Assembly: GCA_965224245.1 (NCBI GenBank) | Contig: OZ245046.1 | Coordinates: 4,352,001-4,416,000, forward strand | DNA from: Candidatus Eiseniibacteriota bacterium | GTDB lineage: Bacteria; Eisenbacteria; RBG-16-71-46; CAZAMP01 | Direction of reading: 5' to 3' | DNA: 64,000 nucleotides | Shown: in pieces, positions 51,355 through 60,428 of the stretch | How the letters are laid out: each line of letters begins with the position of its first letter | Numbering within the stretch: position 1 is the stretch's first letter | The notes under the pieces: model-generated | What the model was told of the DNA's origin: nothing | Databases searched by the model: none | Seen by the model: only the letters and a program-made list of their open reading frames with translations | Made by a program: the position numbers and the translations under genes

Positions 51355-52771
51355 GAAAGAGCCCGCCCTTCGCGAACTGGAAGACCTGATCCGCCCGGAT
51401 CCGGAACACGGTGTCGTCCTCGCTCTTCGCGTACTCGATGCGCCCCACGAAGCCCCACCGTCCGACCAGGCGCAGCCCTCCGCCGTATGACGTGGTCGCG
51501 TTGTCGGCGCTGATCTCCTCGTTGTCGCCGAAGACCTGTCCGACGTCGGTAAAGAGGTAGGCGTCGAGCCCGATGTCGTCGGCGTGGGAGGCCGCCCAGA
51601 CCGGCCAGCGATACTCGGCGGTGAACGCCGTCATGCCGCGATCGCGCCAGCGGTAGTCCTCATAGCCACGCAGGAGATCGGGGTCGTCGTTCGTCATCAG
51701 ACGCTGGAACGGCACGCGGCTCGTGCCGCCACCGGCCACGGGATCGATCCACGAGTAGTACGCGCGGAAAGCGAGGACTCGCTTGTCCCGCCACAGGCGC
51801 ACGAACTGCTGGAGCTCCACGCGATACGACCAGAAGTTCAGATCCGGAAGCTCGGACCCGGTCTCGGTGAAGTACGACGCCGTGACCCGGCGGGACCCCG
51901 ACGACACGGGACGGCCGGTCTCGGTGGTGGTGTCGTGGATGAGCGAGGCACCGGCGGTCACGCCGTCCGAACGCGCGCCGTACCCGAACGGCACGTCGTA
52001 CACCTCCGGCAGCGTCGGCGAGTCCTCACGGCGTGGACCCCGCGCGCCGACCGTCGTGTAGCGGACGTCCAGCTCGGAGCTGACCGAGTGCGTGAGCTCC
52101 CGCTCCAGCGTCGCCCCCACCCATGACATCTCGCGGCGGAAGAACGACTCCTCCGCCGACTCGGTGCGGTCGGTCGGTCCGAAGCCGAAGTAGCGCGCGT
52201 TCGGCGTCATCCGGTAGCCGGCACCGACCTGCAGCGCGGTGGGGCGGCCGAGGCCCAGATAGATGCCGAGGTTCACCTTGTGGTGTCCGTTCACCGACGT
52301 CATCCCACCGAGCCGAAAGCGATTGTCGGGTCCGAAGAACGCGTCGTGCACGAGCGTGGCGCCGCCACCGAAGCCGGTCAGGCCACCCGCCGAGAAGCTC
52401 ACGGTCGCGCCGTACGGAAGCTCACGGGGGCCGACCAGCTCGGAGATCCGGTAGACCACGTTGGACTCGTCGAGTGCGATGACGCCGCTGCCGACCGCGC
52501 TGGAGAACAGGCGCAACGGCGCGCCGATGACGTGGTACGGCACGTCCACGGCCGCCTGCCAGGCCGGCGCCCCGGGCTGCTCGAGGGGGGTTCGGACCGA
52601 GTCGTGCTCGGCCGGGATCGGCCCCCAGTAGCTCTCGCCGACTCCGTCGGTGTTGTCGGCGTGCGCGGCCGTCGTGGCCGCGATCATGAACGCGACCACC
52701 GACAGCGCGGTCGGGAGCGCTCCGCTACCGCGCGAACGTCGTCGTACCTCGCGGATCGGACAAACGGGCAT
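51326..52771 (-). CDS. Omp85/BamA-TamA family outer-membrane beta-barrel without obvious POTRA domains
   Basis: Signal peptide (AHA/D), RYFGFG, alternating beta strands, L6-type LLRGY..RWRD, AEYRWP, FTDVGQVF, SYGGGLR. Confidence 0.8.
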   Translation of the reverse strand: MPVCPIREVRRRSRGSGALPTALSVVAFMIAATTAAHADNTDGVGESYWGPIPAEHDSVRTPLEQPGAPAWQAAVDVPYHVIGAPLRLFSSAVGSGVIALDESNVVYRISELVGPRELPYGATVSFSAGGLTGFGGGATLVHDAFFGPDNRFRLGGMTSVNGHHKVNLGIYLGLGRPTALQVGAGYRMTPNARYFGFGPTDRTESAEESFFRREMSWVGATLERELTHSVSSELDVRYTTVGARGPRREDSPTLPEVYDVPFGYGARSDGVTAGASLIHDTTTETGRPVSSGSRRVTASYFTETGSELPDLNFWSYRVELQQFVRLWRDKRVLAFRAYYSWIDPVAGGGTSRVPFQRLMTNDDPDLLRGYEDYRWRDRGMTAFTAEYRWPVWAASHADDIGLDAYLFTDVGQVFGDNEEISADNATTSYGGGLRLVGRWGFVGRIEYAKSEDDTVFRIRADQVFQFAKGGLFHGRNPVPSR

Positions 52772-52825
52772 GAACGGGCTCCGTGGGCTGGGTGTCCGCA
52801 TGCGAACGGTGGCCGGAGATGGCGG

Positions 52826-52854
52826 AGTGTTTCCGACGCCCCCCGTGATGTCAA
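52826..52854 (-). promoter_or_regulatory. Putative sigma70 promoter for the Omp85-kinase-NTT operon
   Basis: Minus strand TTGACA-N17-AACACT, about 55 nt upstream of ATG 52771. Confidence 0.55.
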
Positions 52855-52857
52855 CCT

Positions 52858-52886
52858 TTGGCATCCCGCGAGGAACCCCATAGACT
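52858..52886 (+). promoter_or_regulatory. Putative sigma70 promoter for a leaderless moeA transcript
   Basis: TTGGCA-N17-TAGACT, 7 nt before ATG 52894. Confidence 0.6.
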
Positions 52887-52893
52887 TCTCGAC

Positions 52894-54102
52894 ATGACAC
52901 TCACGACGCTGGCCGACGCTCGGCGGCGGCTCGCCGAGCGCACGGAGCCGCTCCAGACGATCGACGTGCCGCTGGCCGACGCCCACGGGCTCCGCCTCGC
53001 GGAAGACGTCGACGCCGACATGGACATGCCGCCACTCGACGTCTCGGCGATGGACGGGTACGCGGTGCGCGCCGCCGACTCGAACCGGGCCGACGCCCTC
53101 CGCGTCGCGTTCGAGATCCAGGCCGGATGGGTGCCCGAGGCGTTGCCCCCGGGGACCGCTGCGCGCATCTTCACCGGCGCCCCGCTTCCATCGGGCGCGG
53201 ACGCGGTCGTGCCACAGGAGAAGGCCACCCGCCTCGACTCCGGCGCGGTCCGGCTCGCGCCCTCGGAGCCGGGAGATCACGTTCGCCGGCGGGGCGAGCT
53301 GTACCGCCGCGGACGCCGCATCCTCTGCGCCGGGACGCGTCTGACCGCGGCCGCGACCGGGCTCGCCGCCGGGGCCGGGGGCCACCGACTGCGGTGTATC
53401 CGCCGCCCGACACTGGCCATTCTCGCCACGGGCAGCGAGCTGGTCCCGTTCGACGTCACGCCGCCTCCCGGCTCGATCCGCGACTCCAACACCCCGACGC
53501 TCCGATCGCTGGCCACCGAGTCCCGGGTCGACGTGGTCTCGGCGCTCCACTCGACCGACGACGCGTCCGAGCTCGAGGGGCTCCTCGCCTCGTCCCTCGC
53601 GACGGCCGACGTCGTGGTGACGTCCGGCGGGGTGTCGGTCGGAGACTTCGATCTCGTCCCCGGCGCCGTCGAGCGCGCAGGTGGCGAGATCCTCGTCCAT
53701 CGGGTGGCGATGCGACCCGGCAAGCCGATCCTCGTGGCGCGCGTCGGCACGACCTGGTTCGTCGGGCTGCCCGGGAATCCGATGGCCGTCGTGGTGGGGT
53801 GGCGACTGTTCGTCAGGCCGCTCATCGAGGCGCTGGCCGGAGACGAGACCGCGTTCGACGAGGCCCCCGTCGAGGTCGCACTCGACCGAGACATGTCGAA
53901 CCCGACCGACCGACCCGTGTTTCATCCGGTGCGACTGGGTGTGGGCGCCGGTGGACGACCGGTCGCGTCCCCACTCGCGTGGCTCGGCTCCCACGATGTG
54001 GGCGGCGCCGCCACCGCCAACGCCCTCGGTCGCGTCGAGCCCGGAGCCGGTCTCGAGCCGGGAGCGACGATCGCCTGTCTTCCGTTGCCGTGGAGGTGGT
54101 GA
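52894..54102 (+). CDS. moeA: Molybdopterin molybdenumtransferase
   Basis: SAMDGYAV, RIFTGAPLPSGADAVV.QE, TGSEL, DSN, TSGGVSVGDFD, MRPGKP, GLPGNP. Confidence 0.96.
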   Translation: MTLTTLADARRRLAERTEPLQTIDVPLADAHGLRLAEDVDADMDMPPLDVSAMDGYAVRAADSNRADALRVAFEIQAGWVPEALPPGTAARIFTGAPLPSGADAVVPQEKATRLDSGAVRLAPSEPGDHVRRRGELYRRGRRILCAGTRLTAAATGLAAGAGGHRLRCIRRPTLAILATGSELVPFDVTPPPGSIRDSNTPTLRSLATESRVDVVSALHSTDDASELEGLLASSLATADVVVTSGGVSVGDFDLVPGAVERAGGEILVHRVAMRPGKPILVARVGTTWFVGLPGNPMAVVVGWRLFVRPLIEALAGDETAFDEAPVEVALDRDMSNPTDRPVFHPVRLGVGAGGRPVASPLAWLGSHDVGGAATANALGRVEPGAGLEPGATIACLPLPWRW

Positions 54103-54106
54103 GCCG

Positions 54107-54595
54107 ATGAGCACGGACGAGCTGTCACACCTGGACGCCGCCGGTCGCGTGCGGATGGTCGACGTCTCCGGGAAGGCGAGCACTGCACGCCATGCCGCCG
54201 CCCGCGGCGAGCTGATCGTGGGCGCCACGATCATGCGCGACCTCGCCGGCGGAGACTCCCCCAAGGGCAACGTGTACGAGACGGCGCGCCTCGCCGGCAT
54301 CCAGGCCGCGAAGCAGACCTCGACGCTGATCCCTCTCTGCCACGCGCTCGCGCTCACGCACGTGGAGATCACGTTCGAGCCCCGAGACGATCGGATCGGC
54401 ATCCGGGCCGACGTAAAGACGCACGGTCAGACGGGTGTCGAGATGGAGGCGCTGACCGCGGTGGCGGTGGCGGGGCTCACGCTGTACGACATGCTGAAGG
54501 CGAAGAGCCACGACATGGTGCTGACCCGCGTGCGCCTGGTGGAGAAGTCCGGCGGCCGGAGCGGCCACTACACACGCGACGAGTCCCATCCATGA
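54107..54595 (+). CDS. moaC: Cyclic pyranopterin monophosphate synthase
   Basis: LSHLDAAGRVRMVDVSGK, KG, ARLAGIQAAK, LIPLCH, TGVEMEAL, LYDMLKA, KSGGRSG. Confidence 0.96.
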   Translation: MSTDELSHLDAAGRVRMVDVSGKASTARHAAARGELIVGATIMRDLAGGDSPKGNVYETARLAGIQAAKQTSTLIPLCHALALTHVEITFEPRDDRIGIRADVKTHGQTGVEMEALTAVAVAGLTLYDMLKAKSHDMVLTRVRLVEKSGGRSGHYTRDESHP

Positions 54596-55104
54596 GCCGG
54601 TCCCGCGCGCGCGCACTCGTGGTCACGGTGTCCGACCGATCGGCGGCCGGCGTCGCCCGCGACCTCTCCGGTCCCGCCCTTCGTCGGAAGCTGATCGACC
54701 TCTACGACATGGAGTGCCCCGAGCCCGTCGTGGTGGCCGACGACGTCGAGGCGATCCAGCAGGTGCTCCACGACGCGGTGGCCGCCGGCGTGGAGCTCGT
54801 GGTGACCACCGGCGGCACCGGCATCGGCGCGCGGGACGCCACCCCCGAGGCCCTTCGGCGGGTCACGCGCGAGACGATACCGGGGTTCGGCGAGCTGATG
54901 CGCCTCCGATCGTCGGAGACGACGCCGATGGCGTGGCTGTCGCGCTGCACGGCCGGCGCGGCGGGTCGCACGCTGATCGTGTGCGTCCCGGGTAGCCCCT
55001 CGGGCGCCGTGGAGAGCATCGAGCACGTGCGCGAGCTGATCCCGCACGCGCTGCGGATCCTCTCCGGAGAGGTCGCGCACCCGGAGACCGACGCGGACCG
55101 CTGA
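54592..55104 (+). CDS. MogA/MoaB family molybdopterin adenylyltransferase
   Basis: VTVSDR, DLSGP, TTGGTGIGARDATPEA, IPGFGE, LSR, VPGSP. Confidence 0.93.
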   Translation: MSRSRARALVVTVSDRSAAGVARDLSGPALRRKLIDLYDMECPEPVVVADDVEAIQQVLHDAVAAGVELVVTTGGTGIGARDATPEALRRVTRETIPGFGELMRLRSSETTPMAWLSRCTAGAAGRTLIVCVPGSPSGAVESIEHVRELIPHALRILSGEVAHPETDADR

Positions 55105-55145
55105 CCGCCGGCCCCACCGCCACTCGATCCCCCGCTCGGCTCGGC

Positions 55146-56219
55146 CTAGAGGTGCGCCGCCGGCTCGCCGTGCGGCGATCGAGCGGCCGCTCGCTCGCGC
55201 GCGATCACGAGATCCAGCCCCACGAGGATCAGAAGGTTGAACGCCAGACCGACCGAGGCCGAGAGCTGCTCCTCGTAGAAGATGAACGGCTGCGCCAGGA
55301 GCAGCGTCACGATCAGCGATCGCCGGAACTGACGATAGGCCGCGAGCCGGCTGCGACCCAGCTGCACCACGCCCGCGGCCACGAAGACGCCGGACAGCAC
55401 CACGAACGCGAGGCGCGCCCAGTCCACGAAGGCGAAGTCCGAGATCATGCGCACGTGCTGCTCGAGCCCGATCCACGACACGTCCACCAGCGTGCCGCCC
55501 CACCACGTCACTGCCGCGACGTGCACGAGGCGCAGGATGAACTGACCGATGAAGAAGATCTCGACCGCGAGCACGAAGCGGGGGTGCCGGGAGATTCGTG
55601 CGTAGCCCATCCGGAAGTCCCGACGGAGGCGATCCCAGATCGGCGGCGTGGTCGACGGTACGATCTCGGCCGTTTCCAGGATCCGGGTCAGCGGACGCGT
55701 GAGCGGGTGCTGGGGATCGCTCCGCGAGAGGTACTCGAGCGCCCGTGTTCGCTCCTCGAGATCGAGGTCGCACCTCGCCACCTCCTCCAGCTCCCGAACC
55801 GCGTTCAGCAGGTACTCGACCCGCCGATACGCCCTCGACGACTGGATGTGGCGGACCCAGAGAAACGTCAGCACGAACACGACGTAGATGATCGCGATCG
55901 CGGGCTCGTAGAAGTAGTCGTTGTCGTGGGTGACGAACTTCCCCACCTCGTCGATGAACGTCCCGAACCCGATGCCGCCCAGCGCGGCGGCCACGTGAAC
56001 CGATGCACGACTCAGGAACGAGAACGAGATCACGAGCGCGGCGAGCATGACGAGGCCGCCCCACAGCATGTGCGCCACATGGAGCGCATCGCCGCCCAGC
56101 GTCGGATACCCGGTCAGCTTCAGAAACGCGCGGATTCCGAGGATCGCGGCGACCGCGGCCACGATGAACGTCTCGAGATGCTGTCCCGCATCCAGGCTCC
56201 GGATGAAGCGATCTCGCAC
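55146..56219 (-). CDS. Hypothetical membrane protein
   Basis: LHVAHMLWGG, GIGFGTFIDEVGKFVTHDNDYFY; multiple TMs. Confidence 0.75.
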   Translation of the reverse strand: MRDRFIRSLDAGQHLETFIVAAVAAILGIRAFLKLTGYPTLGGDALHVAHMLWGGLVMLAALVISFSFLSRASVHVAAALGGIGFGTFIDEVGKFVTHDNDYFYEPAIAIIYVVFVLTFLWVRHIQSSRAYRRVEYLLNAVRELEEVARCDLDLEERTRALEYLSRSDPQHPLTRPLTRILETAEIVPSTTPPIWDRLRRDFRMGYARISRHPRFVLAVEIFFIGQFILRLVHVAAVTWWGGTLVDVSWIGLEQHVRMISDFAFVDWARLAFVVLSGVFVAAGVVQLGRSRLAAYRQFRRSLIVTLLLAQPFIFYEEQLSASVGLAFNLLILVGLDLVIARERAAARSPHGEPAAHL

Positions 56220-56330
56220 CGCGTTGCTCCTCGACGTCGTAATTCCGCGACCGGAAGCACTTTAGACTAAAACGGCCCCGGGCGTACTGGTATCGTTCCG
56301 CGTCGTCCCTCGTAAAGGAGTCCCGGTCCG

Positions 56331-56816
56331 ATGAGCATCACGATCGAGCGCGCCGATGAGGGATGGCTGCTGTCGACGTCGGTCCTCGTCGCGCGGCCGC
56401 GCGACGAGGTCTTTCCGTTCTTCGCCGATGCGCGAAACCTCGAGCGACTGACGCCGCCGTTCCTCAAGTTCGACGTGCTGACCGAGGGGGAGATCCCGAT
56501 GCACGCGGGTACGCTGATCGACTACCGGCTCTCGCTGCACGGCATCCCGATCCGCTGGCGAACCGAGATCCAGGACTGGGACCCGCCGGAGCGGTTCGTG
56601 GATCGACAGGTGAAGGGGCCCTACCGCTGGTGGATCCACGAGCACACGTTCGACGAGCACGCCGGGGGTGCGCTCTGTGGCGACCGGGTGCGCTACGGGG
56701 TTCCCGGGGGCGCGCTCGTGCATCGGCTCGCGGTGGCGCGCGACGTGACCCGTGTGTTCGAGTATCGCCGTGCGAGGTTGCTGGAGCTCTTCGGCGCCGG
56801 ACGGGCCGCCGTGTGA
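56331..56816 (+). CDS. SRPBCC family protein
   Basis: VFPFFADARNLERLTPP, IDYRL, FVDRQVKGPYRWWIHEHTF, FEYR; AAGGAG RBS. Confidence 0.9.
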   Translation: MSITIERADEGWLLSTSVLVARPRDEVFPFFADARNLERLTPPFLKFDVLTEGEIPMHAGTLIDYRLSLHGIPIRWRTEIQDWDPPERFVDRQVKGPYRWWIHEHTFDEHAGGALCGDRVRYGVPGGALVHRLAVARDVTRVFEYRRARLLELFGAGRAAV

Positions 56817-56823
56817 ACACGTC

Positions 56824-58134
56824 ATGCTGAACCGCGCGCTCGACTTCCTGACCAATCACATCTGGCGGATCGAGTTCGAGGAGCTCCCGACCCACCAGCG
56901 AGTGCTGCTGCGTCCGCTTCGCGTGCTCGTTCTCGCCGTCCGGGGCTTCGACGAGGATCGGATCCAGCTTCGCGCATCGGCCCTCACGTTCTACTCGCTT
57001 CTGGCCATGGTGCCCGCACTCGCGGTGGCATTCGGCATCGCGAAGGGCTTCGGGCTGCAGGAGGCGCTGGAAGGCGCGATCACGAACTGGGCGCTCGGGC
57101 AGGAGCCGGCCTTCGGTCAGATGGTCGAGTGGGCCAAGAACCTTCTCGGACGCACGCGCGGGGGGGTCCTCGCCGGCGTCGGTGTGGCGTTCCTGTTCTG
57201 GGCGGTGATCCGGCTTCTCTCCACGATCGAGCTGTCGCTGAACGACATCTGGGGCCTGCCGAAAGGACGCGCGTTCGGCCGTCGCGTCGCCGACTACCTC
57301 GCGGTCGCGCTGATCGGGCCGTTGCTCCTGACCACGACGGCCGCGGTCATGGGCGCGTTCTCGGGCTTTCTCGACACCCAGGTGACCGCCACCGCGCCCC
57401 TTCAGTGGACCGGGCAGATCCTCCGCTCGGGACTGCCCTACGTCGCGCTGATGCTGTTCCTGACCGGGCTCTTCCGCTACATGCCGAACACGCACGTGAC
57501 GCTCCGCGCGGCCGTGCTCGCGGGGGTGGTCGGGGGCACGATCTATCAGATCACGCAGCTCATCTACGTCAGGGTGCAGGTGTACGTGGCCGATCAGAAT
57601 GCGATCTACGGCACGTTCGCGGCCGTTCCGCTCTTCCTGATCTGGCTGCAGGTGAGCTGGCTCGTCGTGCTCTTCGGCGCCGAGATCGCGTACGCGGTGG
57701 ACAACGAGGAGACGTACGCCGCGGACCGCGACTGGGCCCACGTCAGCATCCACTTCCAGCGACTCCTGGCGCTCCGGTTCGTGGAGCGGGCCTGCAAGCA
57801 GTTTCAGGAGGGCGAAGAGCCGCTGAGCGCGGCGGACCTCGCACACGAGCTGGAGCTTCCGGTGCGCCACGTCCGGAGAGTTCTCTACGATCTGGTCACC
57901 GCCGGGGCGCTCGTGGAGATGGACCGCGGGCGCGCCCACGAGTCCACGTTTCAGCCGGCCAGGGACATCTCGGGACTCACGATCAAGTGGGTGCTCGACG
58001 CGCTGAACCACGCGGGCCAGGAGCCCGGCATCGACCTGGATCGCGCCCAGCTCAGCACCCTCGCCGATCGACTCCGGCACTTCGACTCGCTGATCGAAGA
58101 GTCCCCCGACAACGTACCCCTTCACGAGATCTAG
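56824..58134 (+). CDS. YihY/virulence factor BrkB family membrane protein with C-terminal HTH
   Basis: RASALTFYSLLAMVP, IELSLNDIW, YMPN, IYGTFAAVPLFLIWLQVSWLVVLFGAE; C-terminal winged-helix-like segment. Confidence 0.9.
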   Translation: MLNRALDFLTNHIWRIEFEELPTHQRVLLRPLRVLVLAVRGFDEDRIQLRASALTFYSLLAMVPALAVAFGIAKGFGLQEALEGAITNWALGQEPAFGQMVEWAKNLLGRTRGGVLAGVGVAFLFWAVIRLLSTIELSLNDIWGLPKGRAFGRRVADYLAVALIGPLLLTTTAAVMGAFSGFLDTQVTATAPLQWTGQILRSGLPYVALMLFLTGLFRYMPNTHVTLRAAVLAGVVGGTIYQITQLIYVRVQVYVADQNAIYGTFAAVPLFLIWLQVSWLVVLFGAEIAYAVDNEETYAADRDWAHVSIHFQRLLALRFVERACKQFQEGEEPLSAADLAHELELPVRHVRRVLYDLVTAGALVEMDRGRAHESTFQPARDISGLTIKWVLDALNHAGQEPGIDLDRAQLSTLADRLRHFDSLIEESPDNVPLHEI

Positions 58135-58137
58135 CAC

Positions 58138-59100
58138 ATGAACGCGACCCCCCCGCCGACGCTCGACACGCTCCGCCATCGACGCATCGTGGTCACCGGG
58201 GCCACCGGGTTCATCGGGCACGCTCTGGTCGATGCGCTCGCGGACGCGGGTGCGGAGGTCATCGCCCTCTCCCGCAACGCGGTGGCCGCCCAGGCCGCGC
58301 TGCCGAGGCTGACCGACGCCGTGACCTGGCAGGCCACCGAGGAGCTCGTTCCCCCCGAGGCGCTGGCCGGCGCGTTCGGCGTGGTGAACCTGATCGGCGA
58401 GTCGGTGGCGAGCGGTCCCTGGACCGACGGCCGCCGCGAGCGAATCCGGGACAGCCGCGTCGTCTCGACCGAGAACCTGGTGTCCGCGATGCGCGCGATG
58501 CCCTCGCCTCCGAAGGTGCTCGTGAGCGCGAGTGCCGTCGGGTACTACGGCGATCGCGGTGACGTTCCGCTGGCCGAGGACGTGCCTCCGGCGAGCGACT
58601 TCCTGGCCGAGCTCTGTCGCGAGTGGGAGAACGAGGCGGCGGCGGCCTCGGAGTTCGGGGTTCGCGTGACGACGCTCCGCATCGGCCTGGTGATCGGTCC
58701 CGACGGGGGCACGCTGTCGGCCATGCTGACCCCGTTCCGGCTCGGACTCGGCGGACGGCTCGGGAGCGGCCGGCAGTGGTGGTCGTGGATCCACCGGTCC
58801 GATCTCGCGCGCCTCATCCGTTTCGCGCTGACCACCGAGGTCCGGGGCGCCATGAACGCGACGTCGCCCGAGCCCGTGCGGCAGGACGAGTTCGCCAGGA
58901 CGCTGGCGCGCGTGCTGGGCCGACCGGCGCTCGTGTCGGTGCCGGCCTTCGCGCTTCGAGTCGTGCTCGGAGGACTCGCCACGGAGCTCCTGTCGAGCAA
59001 GCGCGTCGTGCCACAGAAGGCTCTCGGCGCCGGCTTCCACTTCGAGCATCCCGATCTGGAGGGCGCGCTCCGGGACGCGCTGGGGTCGTCCACCGCATGA
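58138..59100 (+). CDS. TIGR01777 family NAD-dependent epimerase/oxidoreductase (YfcH-like)
   Basis: VTGATGFIG, VNLIGE, SASAVGYYG, CREWE, GLGGRLGSGRQWWSWIH. Confidence 0.93.
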   Translation: MNATPPPTLDTLRHRRIVVTGATGFIGHALVDALADAGAEVIALSRNAVAAQAALPRLTDAVTWQATEELVPPEALAGAFGVVNLIGESVASGPWTDGRRERIRDSRVVSTENLVSAMRAMPSPPKVLVSASAVGYYGDRGDVPLAEDVPPASDFLAELCREWENEAAAASEFGVRVTTLRIGLVIGPDGGTLSAMLTPFRLGLGGRLGSGRQWWSWIHRSDLARLIRFALTTEVRGAMNATSPEPVRQDEFARTLARVLGRPALVSVPAFALRVVLGGLATELLSSKRVVPQKALGAGFHFEHPDLEGALRDALGSSTA

Positions 59101-59723
59101 GTGAGCGCGCGGACACCTCGCAGGAGCCGACCGCACGCGTCGTTCCTCGGGTCGGGGTCAGTCGCTGCCTGCTCGGCGAGCGGGTCCGCTACGACGGGGG
59201 ACACAAGCGGAACGCGTTCGTCGTCGAGGATCTAGCCGGCGTGGTCGAGCTGATTCCGGTATGCCCCGAGGTCGAGATGGGCATGCCGGTCCCCCGCGAG
59301 CCCATTCACCTGGTGCGCGGGCGCGCGGACCGGAGCGCGCTCCGGCTCGTCGGGCGCGAGAGCGGCACCGACTACACCGCGCGCGCGCGGCGTCACGCGG
59401 AGGCTCGCGTTCGTGACCTCGTGGAATCCGGCCTGTCGGGCTTCGTTCTGAAGTCTCGCTCGCCGTCTTGCGGTCTGTCGACGACACCGATCGCCGTGGA
59501 GCCCGAGGACGCGACGGGTACGGGGATCGACACCGGCGCGACCGGAGGGGATCCAGAGACCGTCGAGATCGGGAGCGGCATGTTCGCGCACGTGCTCCGG
59601 AAGGCGCTCCCGGGAATCCCCATCGTGGACGAGACGACGCTCGCGGATCCGTGCGCCCGGCACGCGTTCCTGGTCGAGGTGGCGACGCACGCACGCCTCC
59701 GCGCGGAGAGCCCGGAGTCGTGA
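59097..59723 (+). CDS. DUF523 / 2-thiouracil desulfurase-like Fe-S protein
   Basis: GVSRCLLGERVRYDGGH, VCPEVEMGMPVPRE, LKSRSPSCG, GSGMFA. Confidence 0.88.
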   Translation: MSERADTSQEPTARVVPRVGVSRCLLGERVRYDGGHKRNAFVVEDLAGVVELIPVCPEVEMGMPVPREPIHLVRGRADRSALRLVGRESGTDYTARARRHAEARVRDLVESGLSGFVLKSRSPSCGLSTTPIAVEPEDATGTGIDTGATGGDPETVEIGSGMFAHVLRKALPGIPIVDETTLADPCARHAFLVEVATHARLRAESPES

Positions 59724-59775
59724 CACGAGTGGCCCCGCGACGGCTGCCGCCGCGCGGGGCCGGGGCGGGTCGACT

Positions 59776-60426
59776 CTACTTCGCGTACTTCACCGAGCAG
59801 CCGTACGACTTCGTGGCCGCGACCTCGACCGGCTTCCCGGCCATCGAGGCGTCCAGCGCCGCGACGACGTAGTTCGTCGTCTTGGACGCATCCGCGCCGC
59901 GCGGCTGATCGTCGATCGCACCGTCGTAGATCAGCGTTCCCTCGGGATCGATCACGAACATGTGCGGCGTGGTCTTCGCGCCGTACATGCGTCCGACGTC
60001 TCCATCCGGATCCTGCAGATAGGCGGTCGCGTGCAGATGGGCCTTGGTGATGCGCACCTTCAGGGCGTCGCCGGTGAAATGGCCCTGCTGTCCCGGCGCC
60101 GACGAGCAGATCGTCAGCCACACGACGTCCTTCTTCGTGTACCGCTCCTGGAGCGACTGCATGCCGTGGCTTCCGTAGTGTCGCTTGACGAACGGGCAGT
60201 CGAAGTTGATCCACTCCAGGACGACGTACTTGCCCTCGAAGTCCGAGAGCGAGTGCTCGGCGCCGGCGGCATCGGTCAACGTGAAGCCCGGCGCCGCCGC
60301 GCCGATCTTGGCCGTCGGGGCCGACGCGGCCTCGTGATGCTCCGCGTGAAGCGGCGCCACGTTCAGCAGCATGACTCCGGCTGCGACGAGTGCGCTCGTC
60401 GCAAGGAAACCGGTACGAACTCTCAT
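59776..60426 (-). CDS. Exported thioredoxin-fold redoxin (AhpC/TSA family)
   Basis: Signal peptide, APGFTL, VVLEWINFDCPFVKRHY, YGAKTTPHMFVI, GAIDD, YGCSVKY. Confidence 0.9.
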   Translation of the reverse strand: MRVRTGFLATSALVAAGVMLLNVAPLHAEHHEAASAPTAKIGAAAPGFTLTDAAGAEHSLSDFEGKYVVLEWINFDCPFVKRHYGSHGMQSLQERYTKKDVVWLTICSSAPGQQGHFTGDALKVRITKAHLHATAYLQDPDGDVGRMYGAKTTPHMFVIDPEGTLIYDGAIDDQPRGADASKTTNYVVAALDASMAGKPVEVAATKSYGCSVKYAK

Positions 60427-60428
60427 GA

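Noticed and set aside
51326-52771. The housekeeping bamA gene
   Set aside because: It is too short, has no POTRA repeats and lacks the usual skp/lpxD context, so it is treated as a specialised Omp85 paralogue.
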